Positions 10,795 to 23,286 of a DNA stretch of 64,000 bases are shown piece by piece (position 1 is the stretch's first letter; every line of letters starts with the position of its first letter). Made by a program: the position numbers and the translations under genes. The DNA is taken from the NCBI GenBank assembly GCA_963733675.1, contig CAVTET010000001.1:896001-960000 (forward strand), written 5' to 3'. The DNA is from an uncultured Methanosarcinaceae archaeon (lineage in GTDB: Archaea > Halobacteriota > Methanosarcinia > Methanosarcinales > Methanosarcinaceae). The notes below the pieces were generated by a model that was not told where the DNA came from, did not search any database, and worked only from the letters and a program-made list of their open reading frames with translations.

Positions 10795-11496
10795 ATGAAA
10801 ATCCATTGCATCCAGCATGTTGAATTTGAAACTATTGGAACTATCGCTCAATGGAGCGAAAAAAAAGGACACTCTTTATCGAGTACACATTTATACGCAG
10901 ATGATAGCATTCCCAGTCTGGATAACTTCGATCTTCTTATAATTATGGGTGGACCAATGAATATTTACGAGCATGAAAAATATCCATGGCTGATAGAAGA
11001 AAAAAGTTTATCGAAGAAACCATCTCTGTCGGAAAAGCAGTACTCGGGATTTCTTGGGAGCTCAGCTTGTCGCTGATGTCCTAAAAGCTGCAGTGTTTAA
11101 AAATGACTATAAGGAAATTGGATGGTTTTCAGTATTTACACTCAAACAAGCGAGATCCAATGTTTCCCTTCTGGAAAATATTCCTGAATAATTTTGTGCT
11201 TTTCACTGGCATGAGACACTTTTAATTTGCCTGGAGATGCAAAGAGACTTTTTTTAAGTGAAGCCTGTAAAAATCAGGGGTTTATTTATAATGATAGAGC
11301 AATTGGGCTCCAATTTAATCTGGAAATGAGCAACGAAACAATCGGAAACGAGATTGAAAATTGCAGTGGTGAACTGATAGATGGAAAATATATCCAGAAC
11401 AATAAAGAAATGCTAAGTAAAGACACATTCCTTGCTGACTCAAGGCTATTAATGTTCAACTTACTTGACAATTTAGAAATGCTGATTGGATCTTAA
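10795..11496 (+). pseudogene. Type 1 glutamine amidotransferase (GMP synthase-like), frameshifted
   Basis: MKIHCIQHVEFE, LLIIMGGPMNIYE, LGAQL, EIGWF, FHWH and GLQF motifs are spread over several frames. Confidence 0.85.
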
Positions 11497-11862
11497 AAAG
11501 GATACGCAGTATTTGGCTATCTAGAAATAATTTAATTCAAATTATTTCTACAATCTTTTTGCTTCTATTACAAACTATTAGTTTAAGTTTACTTCTTTTA
11601 CTTGATGACGGAACTCTCTTGCCCGATTTGTTTCTCAGAACTTCTTTTTACGATAGAGAATGTTTTCTTTGCTATACTTTTTTTAATTGAATCTCATATA
11701 CGTTTAACTACTTCTCCAATATATTGACAAAACAAAATTTTAGATAATGTTCTTGAATCTTTGATCAAATCTAAAAACGCAGATGAAATAATTATGGCTG
11801 CTTGGAAATACAGAATTTCAGTAATTTTATAGTACAGTGATGTATTTATAATCTTCTTCTTA

Positions 11863-12601
11863 GAGGCTATCCGAAAAGTCCTGCTGATCTGAATGTTGTC
11901 AATGTGCACGCTAAATGTAGGATAGCAAGGTAATTTTCAATTTTCTTTTCCCATCTTATAAGGAGTCTTCTGAATCTATTCAGCCAAGAATGTGTCCTTT
12001 CTACCACCCATCTTCTTGCCCTAAAACCAGGTATGTCTCTTCTTATGTTTTCTTCCCCACTACTTTTGATATGCGCAGTATAACCATAGTCTTCAGACAA
12101 TTTTCTGATATCGTTGAAATCATAACCCTTATCCATGCATATATTCTGAATTATGTCTTCTGTAGAAGGTCTTTCAAAGAATATGGCGTCTAAAGTCCTT
12201 TTTACAAGTTTTTTATCGTGACGATTGGCTCCATCAACGACAACAGAAAGTGGTATGCTTCTACCATCAGTTAAAACACTCCTTTTTGTACCTTTTTTGC
12301 CACGATCAGTAGGATTGGCTTCTGTTCTAGCTCCACCTAATGGTGCTTTTGTCATAGCACCATCAATTGATTGTCATTCCCATTCTAATCCTTTTTCGAA
12401 ATCATACTCAACAATACCAGCCATCCACATGCTCTCAAATAAGCCTGATAGTTGCCATTCCTTATTGGCTTAGGTACAGGTAGTAAAGGTTCTATTTTTT
12501 TCCAATAATCTTCAGAAAGTTCATAGTCCTGAACAATTTTCCGTTTTTTCATTACCACACATGATCTTAAATTGAAAGTAGCTTATTTTTCGGATAGTCT
12601 C
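11863..12601 (-). mobile_element. IS5-family element with TIRs; transposase internally deleted and carrying a nonsense codon
   Basis: TIRs GAGGCTATCCGAAAA and TTTTCGGATAGTCTC, flanked by TA on both sides. ORF motifs GANRHD, DKGYD and RWVVERTHSWLNRFRRL. The N-terminal part is shortened and reads EWE*QSID. Confidence 0.9.
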
Positions 12602-13621
12602 TAAGTCAAAAATAAACGATTGTGGGGCGATTTAAGGAATTTTATTTAGTAGGTTAGGGTGATTCTACCTGTACTAATTATAATTATACTGTGGGATATG
12701 AGATCATTCATTTATTAACTGGCGTAGGAAAGGCTTCTATATACTATAATTCATGAGATAAGGATTATGTAATATTAATACTAATTAATTTTGGTTAGTA
12801 CAATTTAGAATTTATATAAAAAAATATATACTTAATTAAATTTAGTTACAATTCAAAGGTTTTCCAGTGCTTTCAAGAAAACCTACTATCGAGCTGCAGA
12901 TATTTTCTTCACCTGCAGCTAACAAAAGCAACTGTTTTTACATCTAAGACGACCGGATTACCTATACTAATAAAAAAGAAAAAAGTTAGTCTCAAGCAAG
13001 ACCATCACATCTACTCCTTTGTTTTGAGCTGTTTATCAGTGTTATAATATAGCCTGTAAATCAAATTTCAATTTATACCACAGATATTAAGTATTGAACT
13101 CTTCAATTAACTCTTGAATGCTTTTAAAAATTAAATTATATTTAAATGTTGTACAATTAGTTGTATTGATTTACAACAAATAATCTTGTATAGACGTATT
13201 TTTAGCTAGTTTGATTAATTAATATTAGTATTAGAGTATACAACTAATAATCTAAAAATAAATATTAGTAACTTATGTCTGTATAATCTTACTTCTTATA
13301 TATTAAATTATAGTTTACTTTAAATATATACAGTTTCATCTTACAAATTCAAATCTTTTGTTTTATTGGGGGGTATTGAATGAAAACAGACACTCTTACG
13401 ATAGATGTTTACGATAAGTATGGCAAGAAATTAATCACAGGAATTACGCCGGTAAATCAACCAATCAGACACTGTCGATTCTTAAAGACCATAGAGAGCC
13501 ATGAAAATTATACTAGAATATGAAATAATCAGGGGCGATTTTAATCCCCATACCAATTTGTGTTAATAAAAAACTGCTTACATGTCAATATTTAACTAAG
13601 TTTGCCGTTTTTTATGCACAA

Positions 13622-13903
13622 GTGATTGAAAATATTTTTTGTTTTGATATACTATGTCTCATTTTTATGATCGCTACGGTGGAAACAGTCAACTCTCATA
13701 ACAAGTGTGTAGATTGTAGCAAAATATCGATTACAGGATTAAAACTCAATGTAGTAACAGAAACTGTTCCTATTAAAGTAAAATTTATTGGATTTTTTAA
13801 AGATCCCACATCTAGAGTTAGATATACGGTTACTAATCTCATTAGTGGTGCACAAATCTGCAATTTTTATAACAAATACCGGGAATTTATGACGTTACTA
13901 TGA
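13622..13903 (+). pseudogene. Possible secreted/PKD-like protein remnant
   Basis: Hydrophobic N-terminus followed by ITGLKLNVVTETVPIKVKF, resembling the start of Methanosarcina PKD repeats. Confidence 0.3.
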
Positions 13904-14279
13904 GTGTCTACGGTCCATACAAATTTGTGTGAATAAAGTCCTAAATGACGTTAGTATTAAATCAATAGTTCCATCAAGAAGCCAGGTAAAAGTTGCTACA
14001 GATGCTGATGCAAGAGCATAAGGTAGCCTGAGAGCCACATCATCACTTTTTACTTTCCATATCGGTAGGTAAGCTCATGATATTATTGCATAAGTTACCC
14101 TTTAATTAAAATTATATGAAATAAGTGTAAAAATTATTTAGTTTTTTGTACATATTTCGATTCTAAAAAGGCTAAAGTGGTTTCCAGAGAGTTTACTCCC
14201 TGATAAAACCTCATTTTTTGGCTGAATTTGCTTTACAAATCGTATCGAGAGACAAAATTAGTATGCTAGTTCAATTTTA

Positions 14280-14826
14280 CTACCGGGCCATGGCAATACG
14301 CATCGCAGGTTCCTTGTCTTCTATCAGCTGACTGCTCATATCCACAATCACACTGTGAACATTGCCTGTGAACTCAAAGGTAGGCTGGTAGTCAGATGCC
14401 ATTTGCCGATAGCATAGATATTATAACTATGCTACAGAAACAGCTCTGACAAAAAGCCATTCTCAAAAGCTATATAACCATTCTAGCCTGGATAGCATAC
14501 TGAGCCTTCGGTGATGCAGACCATGTTGTTATAACGGTGGCTTCGGCCGGTAAGCATGCATGAGCAGTTAGTTGAGCATAGCGCATTAGTATGCATATTG
14601 CTGTAAGCAAGACCACTAGCACCAAGCTATCCAGATGGGGTGTTTGATAGGACTTCCATAGCAACCAAGTTGTCCAAATTCTGGGTCGTCTAGAACAATG
14701 AATAGTACGTTAGGTGCATTTTCTTTAGCGCGTAGCGGTTTCCGGCCAAGCTGGTTCTGACTTATCCGCTGTGTGCTCAATTACACCTGGAAAAGTGGTT
14801 CATTATGTGTATTTTTTCAATGACAA
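14280..14826 (-). pseudogene. Arylsulfatase remnant (N- and C-termini only)
   Basis: FPGVIEHTADKSEPAWP..AKENAPNVLFIVLDD, GQLGCYGS, and a degenerate active site NMHTNALCSTNCSCMLTGR (cf. CSPTR..LTGR). These are joined to a C-terminal SDYQPTFEFTGNVHSVIVD...RIAMAR*. Confidence 0.8.
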
Positions 14827-15219
14827 ATCTATTTTCTCCAACCGTTAATCGATACTTTGAAAATCAATTTCTTGCCTAATTATCAATTCTGAAAAAAGAT
14901 AAAGTGATTTATTCATCACTTCTTTGATCTATCAGTTTAAATTGTAAATATAATTATGTTTTAATTATATTGAATGAACTATTAAAATTGTTTCTAAATA
15001 AACTTACTTTCACATAGACTATTTTAAAAATAGTGTATCTTCTTTTCCTAAATAAATTCAAATTAAAAATCAATAGCAGACAACTTTATTGAATTTTGTT
15101 GTACTTTTTTTAATATTTTTTTTGTACTTACTGGCCATGTGATCTGTCAGAATTAACATATTTATATATGTAATATAAATGATTGAGTTTATATATATAT
15201 TGTAAAAAAATTAAGATTT

Positions 15220-15570
15220 TTATTTTCCCAGTTTGTTCTTGAGCATATCAATAGCTACACTGAGCTGATTCAGACCCAGCTTCAGGGCCGCAGTAATGAT
15301 TTTATTATTCGAAGTATCGCAAAACTGTTGCTTGATTGAAAATAAATCCATTATGCATTGCTGATCCAGTACAAGTGGTCCATCAAGCAGATCTTTTGAG
15401 GTAGGCTTATTTTTAAGTTCGACTTTCCTTGAATCGATATTTGATCTGTTTTCTGATTTTGTACTTCTTCCTCCATGTTCAGGTGCTTCAGAATCTTGCC
15501 CTTGGATATACTCCATTTGCTGAAGGCAGTGAGTAAGACAATTTTTTTTAATAAAATCTTCAACTTCCAT
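15220..15570 (-). CDS. Hypothetical protein, probably the 3' part of a longer broken gene
   Basis: 116-aa ORF. The frame is open upstream (SEEQLDQIKKYAAINEMEVEDFIKK) and looks ribbon-helix-helix-like. Confidence 0.35.
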   Translation of the reverse strand: MEVEDFIKKNCLTHCLQQMEYIQGQDSEAPEHGGRSTKSENRSNIDSRKVELKNKPTSKDLLDGPLVLDQQCIMDLFSIKQQFCDTSNNKIITAALKLGLNQLSVAIDMLKNKLGK

Positions 15571-17062
15571 TTCATTAATAGCTGCATATTTTTTTATTTG
15601 ATCAAGCTGCTCTTCAGAAAAAGATATACAGAGCAGGGTTTCGCCACTTTCTTCGCTTATCCTAAACCCTCCAGGTGCGTTTACGTTTTCATTGCATCCT
15701 TAGCTTCTTTTATCCTGTGTTTTATACGTTTTCCACGTCTTAGTCTATGCTTTATTAAATCCTAGTTCTTGAGACTCTTAATATACTCTAGAATCGCAAA
15801 AATTCAATATTATTTCCCGAATTAGTGGCTTCAATGAATCAGGAGCCCAGAAAATAATAAAAAGTCTCTAGTTCTTTCACTAATCTGTTCTTTATTAAGG
15901 TTTTCTTTTAATTTCAGTAGTGCCAAATATCGTTAGTTCTGGAAGTACTTAGACAAACTAGAAAAATGTAATAAAAGCAAATATGGAATTTTTTGAATAA
16001 AAAGCTGAAATAAATGAGAGTATTCTTTACCTAAATATATTTAGCGCATTGATTTACAGAATAATGGAAATACCGAATAATGTCTACAAATAGAGTTGGA
16101 GCTGGAATAAATTATGGAGAAGACACCTTAAAGGTAAGGATAGTGAATAAATATAGCTACATAACTATTATATGTAGTTTTGCAGGGTGCATTGTAGTAG
16201 TTATTCTATATGCACTCATAATAAAAATGCTCAAATATGTGTTTTGGACGGAAATATCCATTGATGTCGTGTAAGATATCTGAATAGTCATGGATATATA
16301 AATAAAGCTGAGATGATGGATGGGGATTCATCAGTTTTCAGTATCAAATACACGCCGCCGAATATTCTGTGATACATTTTGCTCTTAATTCAAGTTTAAC
16401 TACTAATCTAAGACTAGATGCACTTGGATTGATAGCTACTTATGAGAAAAGCTGTGAAGAGTGAGAAATGAACATATATGCCGAAAGAAAATATATTCTT
16501 TTTTAAGAACGCAGCGTTAAACAGTATTTAGAGAAGCGAAAGCAAAGCTAGGTAGTTTAAAATAACCTCCTAGTAACAAGCTTAGACCAGGGAATTTCTT
16601 ACTTTGACCTTATTTAATAAGTTTGATTCTTATAGAGCATTTTCCAATTTCTACTATTATATATCACTTTAGCAGATCTTTGCCTTAATATTGTTTTAAA
16701 AATTAATTTGACTTTAATTTCATGCTGATAATTCGATGTCTTGTTCGTGAATTATTGATCAAATCTGGAAAAAGATTGCTACCAATACATTTGGGAAATA
16801 TGCGAAGAAATTCCTATGCTCATTGTTTTTAGTAACTCACTAACATGGCAAAAAATTAGTTTACCATGAAATCCACTCATGTCTATTATGAGGATGCTAA
16901 GCCACATGGATCTTGATATTGAATCAACTACTTTTAAACTTGTATTTACATAACTTTTAAATCCATTTCAGTGAGCGTACCGAGTAGGACAGTGAACTGC
17001 AGAACCTTAACTCTGCAGGAGTAACTCGGATTTATATATAATGTCCAAGCTTTTAATGAATA

Positions 17063-18531
17063 ATGGTCAAAATCAGCTTCAAACAGGGAACCCTGCTTAT
17101 AAAAGGCAATGTACGGGTCCCAAATGCAATATGGGACGAGAGGAGTGGAAGCTTAAGGGTTCTTGCTATATATTATAGGGACACTGTAAACTATTTGAGA
17201 AACTCAAACATTCAGTTTGAAGATAGCGTGCTTAGCCTCCTTCCCTGTCCTGACCTTTCAGCAGCATATGAAGCTTCAGGAACAAAACTGAAATTAAGAG
17301 ATTATCAGGCAGAAGCTCTCGTTTCCTGGGGTGAAAACGACAAATGGGGCGTACTTGTCCTGCCTACAGGCAGCGGAAAGACCCTTGTTGGAATTCGGGC
17401 TATAGCTGGGTGCAATACCCCTACTCTTGTGATCGTCCCTACCCTTGATTTGCTCGAGCAGTGGAAAAAGCAGCTCAAAGAGAGTTTTTCCATGGAAATC
17501 GGACAGCTTGGGGGTGGGGGAAAAAAATTCTTCCTATCACAGTTTCTACATATGACTCTGCCTATATTCAAGCCGAAAATCTTGGGAACATGTTTGGCCT
17601 CGTTATTTTTGATGAGGTACATCATCTACCTGCAGTAGGGTACAGAAACATTGCTGAATTTTCCGCAGCTCCTTACAGGCTTGGGCTGACAGCCACATAC
17701 GAACGAGAAGATGATCTACACTCGGAATTGAACAGGCTTATCGGGGGGAAGGTATATGAAAAGCAGGTCTCGGAACTTGCAGGCGGACACCTTGCCACCT
17801 ACAAGATTAAGCTGGTAACTACTAAGCTTACGGAAGAGGAACGAAAGGAGTATGAGCAGCATTATTCTATTTTCCTTAACTATATCAGAAAAACTAGAAC
17901 AATAATAAAAGGGCCACAGGATTTTCAAAAGCTTGTAATTAAAAGCGGGCGGGACCCAGAAGCCCGAAAGGCTCTACTCGCAAGAAATGAGGCAAGATAC
18001 CTTGCTTTCAACAGCAACTCAAAACTTGAAAAACTAAAAGAGATTCTGGAGACACATAAAGAAGACAGGATCTTTATTTTTACGGAACACAACCGCTTTG
18101 TCCACCAAATTTCCAGAGAATTTTTCATCCCTGCAATTACCTACAGGACACCTGCGAAAGAGAGGAGTTCTATTCTTGAAAAGTTCAGGGCAGGAAAATA
18201 TAGGGCTGTTGTTACATCAAAGGTACTTGACGAGGGCATCGATGTCCCTGAAGCAAACATAGGAATTATAGCAAGCGGGACAGGCAGCAAGCGGGAATAT
18301 ATCCAGCGCCTCGGGAGAATCCTGAGAAAGGCAGAAGGAAAGAAAGCCATACTCTACGAAATTATCTCTGAAGAAACAACCGAAACCGGAACTGCAAGGA
18401 GGAGAAAAGAAGCTTTTTCGGTCCAAAAAAACTCACTGGAAACAGGAAAAAAGTTCGATAGAGAGGAAAAAAATACTGAAAACCCCAAAAATCCTAAAAG
18501 TTTTGGAGGGAGCTCTCCTGCTCACATCTGA
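17063..18531 (+). pseudogene. XPB/Rad25-family SF2 helicase split by a -1 frameshift at ~17520
   Basis: First frame has LRDYQ, LPTGSGKT and VIVPT. Second frame has FDEVHH, LGLTAT, VLDEGIDVP and IQRLGRILR. The junction is the G5A7 run at 17516-17527. Confidence 0.9.
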
Positions 18532-20311
18532 TCTTCTTATAACTCGCATCTCTAAGGGGAAGATAAAGCCTTCATATGCAGCTTTTGAGCCCGAAAACCT
18601 GGAAATTTCCAGACTCCTGATCGAAACATTCAAACAGCACATCGGGAAAACCTATGGAGACCTTTTGGTCAAACTTGAGGGTTATGAACAAATGAACTAC
18701 CGCTTTGTAAGAGGCCTCTCACAGTTGCTTGGAAGGTGTGCTATGATTGAAATAGATGCAGCTGTCGAGCCTTCTTTAGCCAGAGAAACAATCTTTGAAG
18801 CCTGTGGAGGAATGGCCCTTCATGGTGCCGAAAAAAACGAAGCACTGCAAAAGGCAGCAAAGAAACTTTCAATTTCTGTCCCGAAACTTGAAAAGGCACT
18901 ATGGGCAGATCTTGAAGAAAATCAGGTTCTAAAAAGCTTCCTTCATATTTCGCCCGCAGAACTCCTTAAACAATACAACATTTCCCTGACCCAGACCCTG
19001 CTTTTCCGCGCAATTGACTTTGATATATGGATAAGGGATGATTTTCAAAATATTTTGAGGAAGATTCTCCGTTCGGGGCTTATGTACTCCCTGAACCAGG
19101 AAACAGAAGATACTACGGGTAAGAGGGAGGAGGGGGAAACAAAAGATGATGGTAAAAAAGGGTATGAAGAACTAAAAGATGTTCATCTTCATATTGAAGG
19201 GCCAGCCTCTCTTTTCAGAATGTCTGAGCGTTACGGGAATTCCTTTGCAAAAATATTCCCGACCTTGATGAAATCAAAAAGCTGGAGACTGAAGGCAGGA
19301 ATTCTCTACAAAGGTTACCAAGGAAAACGTATCCTCGAATTTACCCTTGACTCAGATGAAGTATTCAAATCTATACCCGAAGAAACCAAATGCTTGGATG
19401 CCTGTTCTTCAGAATTTCAGCTTAAAGAAAAAAAGAAGGGAGATGTGACAGGGAAAGAAGTCAAAACTGGATTTTCAAAAAATGAAAATAAAACTCAGGG
19501 GAATGATGCTGAAATTGAGACATATGACAGTAAAATTGAACATATTTTCAATAGTCTCAGTTTAGGTAGCTGGAAAACGAAAAGGGAACCTACAATTCTC
19601 AAAGCGGGAAAATACGCTTTTGTCCCAGATTTTTCCCTGCAGAGGGAAAGCATGAAGGTATACCTGGAAATAGTGGGTTTCTGGACTCCTGAATACCTTG
19701 CAAAAAAGATTAAAAAACTCAGGGAAGTAACGGAACCTGTTATTCTCCTGATTAACAGGGGACTTAAGTGTTCTGTAAAAGACTTCCCTGCTCAGGAAGT
19801 TGTTTTCTTTGACACGAAGATTCCGATAAATGAAGTCATGCAGATCCTAAAAAAATACGAGAAAAAGAAATTTGCAGAGGACTACTCAATACTGCAGAAA
19901 ATGAAAATCCCACTTTCTGAAGAACTGGTAAACCTTGAGGAAATCGCAATTGAGAAAAAAGTACTTCTTGAAGCCTTAAAAGAAGTAATTGCGGACAGGC
20001 AGACTAAATCCAGGAAATGCGGAGAATTCGAGGTATCTAGAGAGTTAGAGAAATGTGGAAATTATGCACTCCTTGGAAACTACTTAATCCACAGAAGGCT
20101 TCTTGAGAGAATAAAACTAGAATTTGAAAAGCCCGGCACAGCAGAGACATATGCAAGTGCATTAAAGGTTTTTGAGAAATTCAAGTTTGATAGCAGCCTT
20201 TATTATCCTATTCTCGAAAAACTTGGGTATAAAGTTATCTGGGCAGGGCTGAGTGAAGAAGAGGCAAAAATAATAAAAATTTCTAAAATAACTGAACAAC
20301 ACAAATATTAA
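18503..20311 (+). CDS. Bax1 / DUF790 family endonuclease (XPB partner)
   Basis: LTSDLL N-terminus, QYNISLTQTLL, EGPASLF...RYG and the nuclease motif VPDF...YLEIVGFWTPEYL. Overlaps the helicase stop. Confidence 0.88.
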   Translation: MEGALLLTSDLLITRISKGKIKPSYAAFEPENLEISRLLIETFKQHIGKTYGDLLVKLEGYEQMNYRFVRGLSQLLGRCAMIEIDAAVEPSLARETIFEACGGMALHGAEKNEALQKAAKKLSISVPKLEKALWADLEENQVLKSFLHISPAELLKQYNISLTQTLLFRAIDFDIWIRDDFQNILRKILRSGLMYSLNQETEDTTGKREEGETKDDGKKGYEELKDVHLHIEGPASLFRMSERYGNSFAKIFPTLMKSKSWRLKAGILYKGYQGKRILEFTLDSDEVFKSIPEETKCLDACSSEFQLKEKKKGDVTGKEVKTGFSKNENKTQGNDAEIETYDSKIEHIFNSLSLGSWKTKREPTILKAGKYAFVPDFSLQRESMKVYLEIVGFWTPEYLAKKIKKLREVTEPVILLINRGLKCSVKDFPAQEVVFFDTKIPINEVMQILKKYEKKKFAEDYSILQKMKIPLSEELVNLEEIAIEKKVLLEALKEVIADRQTKSRKCGEFEVSRELEKCGNYALLGNYLIHRRLLERIKLEFEKPGTAETYASALKVFEKFKFDSSLYYPILEKLGYKVIWAGLSEEEAKIIKISKITEQHKY

Positions 20312-20399
20312 AGAATTTTAATAAACTCCTAAATTTAGTCATATGCTTATAAATTGTATATAAATGACTCGAGAGAATTAGAAGTTTATAGAAATCTTC
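20311..20399 (+). mobile_element. ~90-bp MITE, copy A
   Basis: AAGAATTTTAATAAAC...GTTTATAGAAATCTTC, with an interior near-identical to the copy at 60931. Confidence 0.8.
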
Positions 20400-20970
20400 A
20401 ATCAATTGATAAATGCATAGTTTGTCTGAAAAACAATACATCGCTGTTTTTAGATGACTATGTTCTATCTCACATAGTAGCTTTTTTGGTTTCCTGTCGG
20501 AATTTAGATCAAAAGTTTTTTCCAGAACAGCTGTTTTACAAATTGAAATGTTGTTGGCCTGAGGGCATTATTAAAATTTTTAAAAGTTTGATAACTAAAA
20601 ATAATGTAACAATTTTCTGAGTAATAACTAAATATAATTATTTAGTGGTAAAATTTACTTTGCAGATTAAAGCCTTATTCATATTTGTTTTTACAGTTAT
20701 TTCTCATCATTAAATATCTAAACAAACGTTAAGAAGCTTAAAATGAAAAAAACCAGTTGTGATAAAACAAGTAGAGGATATGCCCTCATAAGAGCTTTAG
20801 AAATCACTATATTGGTGCTCTTAATCGTGGTATGTATGTAGCACAACAATGTTTCTATAAAAGATGGACATATGAAAAGTGTGATGTATATAAAACTCAT
20901 TTTTTGGAATAACCAAACTTTTTCATAGGAATATTTTTTGATTCATAAATTCGGCTGTCTCGAGATCGGT

Positions 20971-21858
20971 TCAACGTTTAAGCGAATAAACTTTAACCAT
21001 GTGGTGTGGATGATACCGTATCTTTGCTTCTCGAAGACCAGAGACACCAAGATCGCTCTCTCGGTTGATATATTTCACTTCTCCAGCAAGAACCATTGCA
21101 GTATCCTTGCTGATAGCTTTGTAGATTCCGTTATATTCCGGCAAACCTTTCTCAAAATGAACAAGTGCAGTGTCTGCATTGAGACGTTCAAAAAGGGAAA
21201 TGGCACCTACCTGCGAATTAACCCGAATCAAGCGACCTTTAAGGGGAAGCTCGGCTAAATGCTCAATTGCATAGGCAGCTGCCTCTATTTCGTGGGAAAG
21301 GAAGGAATCGTTTTCACATCCTTTCCACTCACGCCACTTCACTAGAAAACTCATTATCTTTTCATTGTCTTTAGCTGTGATATTCTCTATCGTGTGGCTG
21401 TAATTATTCCAAAACTTTCTGATATGATTACGGATCTTAACATAGTTCTTTCCTGGGAGTTCTGCAAGGTCAGTAGCCTTGTAAACATAATCGAAGTGGT
21501 TTCTGTCGGGCACCAACATGAGATTGGGATCGATTTTCTGTAACCACCGCGCTGTATCCGGATCAATTAACACAAGGGGTGTGTCGTCGCCCACATACAG
21601 CGCCAGCCGTACAAGCGCACGCATGAGAGTTGGATCATGGGGACCGATAGGCGAATGGAATCGTGTCACTCCTCTAATAGTGCTTGAAATAATCACATTT
21701 TTATTCACGTAAGTATACCGGTAATGAGCAAAATGGTTCCAGCAAACCATGTTAGTGAACATATTGCTGCTGTGGATTTGTGGATAGGATGCATAATGGT
21801 TCTCGAAAAAAGCTCGGTCCTCTAGTCTTACAGGTTTGAAATCCTCCTGATCAAGCAT
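20971..21858 (-). CDS. DUF2156 / aminoacyl-phosphatidylglycerol synthase C-terminal-like (GNAT-fold) protein
   Basis: DYVY...LAELPGK, VHFEKG and YINRESDLGVSGLREAKIRYHP motifs. Confidence 0.85.
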   Translation of the reverse strand: MLDQEDFKPVRLEDRAFFENHYASYPQIHSSNMFTNMVCWNHFAHYRYTYVNKNVIISSTIRGVTRFHSPIGPHDPTLMRALVRLALYVGDDTPLVLIDPDTARWLQKIDPNLMLVPDRNHFDYVYKATDLAELPGKNYVKIRNHIRKFWNNYSHTIENITAKDNEKIMSFLVKWREWKGCENDSFLSHEIEAAAYAIEHLAELPLKGRLIRVNSQVGAISLFERLNADTALVHFEKGLPEYNGIYKAISKDTAMVLAGEVKYINRESDLGVSGLREAKIRYHPHHMVKVYSLKR

Positions 21859-22133
21859 CGCAGATTACCCCAGTATATCAAGAGGACATGCCCCTCTATA
21901 TGGCCAAAGCCTAATGATTGGCAAAGATTTTCCGAGCTTCGCTCGGTAACAAGGCTTCAAATACATATTCAAGACCTTCATATTGGAATCAAGATTTTAT
22001 ACTCGTTTTTCTGTATTTACTTACGATTACAAGATAGTAAATGAAGCATAAATTCTACATTTCACTGATTACACAGATAAGGGATTTATTTGCGAATTTG
22101 TTCATGATTATTCATTAAAAGTTAAGTTAATTT

Positions 22134-22390
22134 AACGTGAAAGTATTTGACTAAACTGGCTCCTCAAATCCTTTCTGCATCTTTTTGTGTACAATTAAAA
22201 TTATTTCATGAATTATTTTGGCATGAAAGTACATGAGATTATCTTCCTCACACAATCTCCACTTAATATTTTCCCCATAATTGTGATTATTGAACTAATT
22301 CAACATGAAAGTAAGTGACTAAACTGATTCTTCCCGCACTCTTTACCCCCTCTTTTTCCATAATTGTGATTATTCCACGAATTATTTTTA
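22134..22390 (+). repeat. Three degenerate tandem units of ~84 bp
   Basis: Units begin aacgtgaaagtatttgactaaactg (22134), ggcatgaaagtacatga (22220) and aacatgaaagtaagtgactaaactg (22302). ccataattgtgattatt and gaattatttt recur. Confidence 0.6.
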
Positions 22391-23286
22391 TACGTTCAGC
22401 AACCTAGAGTGTTTCAGTCTCAACAATCTTCCTCTTTTGAATTCCTCCCTCTTTATTACCCTTTTCGTCTTCGTATATCTACTCAATTGCAGTCATATGA
22501 CATTTTATTGTGGCAATTTTCCTTACTGGAGCAATAATTACCTTTGAATGTCCTATTGATTCCCTCTTCGTTTAAAGAACTCATTTAACTTGCTATTTTC
22601 TCTCTTGCTGCTGCCTTAGCAATAAGCTTTGGAATCCACCTTGCTAATTAAGATCGTCTCTTTGTTATTCTATTGTTGTAGAATTTATCAGCAGATTGAT
22701 ATGCATTCGAAACTGTCACAGGCCGAAGAAAGCTGTTCTACTGAATAAAAATCCTTTAAATTGTTATTTCAGCAATTAGAATTACTGAACTACTTTTCCA
22801 ATAACCAGAAACCGACATTAAAATTTCCGTATCAATTTTATGCTTTCAATAAAAATATTTAAAAATTTTTACCTCCAAAGTTTCAATTTAATCATCAAGA
22901 TCTTTTATAATATCCACACATATTTTGAAGCCTAAATATAGCACTGTGAGATATTTCAATGTTCATAATTTATTTCATCTAACACTTTTTTTACTAACAG
23001 TTGACTAAAGGCTTTCTATTAACTAATCAATACTCTTGCCTAAAGATATTCCTTATTTTGATAGAACTATCCGAAAACCCTTTATTCCTGATCATTAACA
23101 TAAATGAGCTTTCGTTCATCTCTTCAAAGTAAAATGTTAACTGATCTCTTTTTTCGTAATGATTCTTCCACTATCCTAAGATAATATATTATCAACTAAT
23201 AGCCTCACAGAACCCTTGATCGAAATTCTCTAGTATTAAAGAAGCTATAATATTTTTATTTCATTAAAAATCATGGCCATAGGGAT

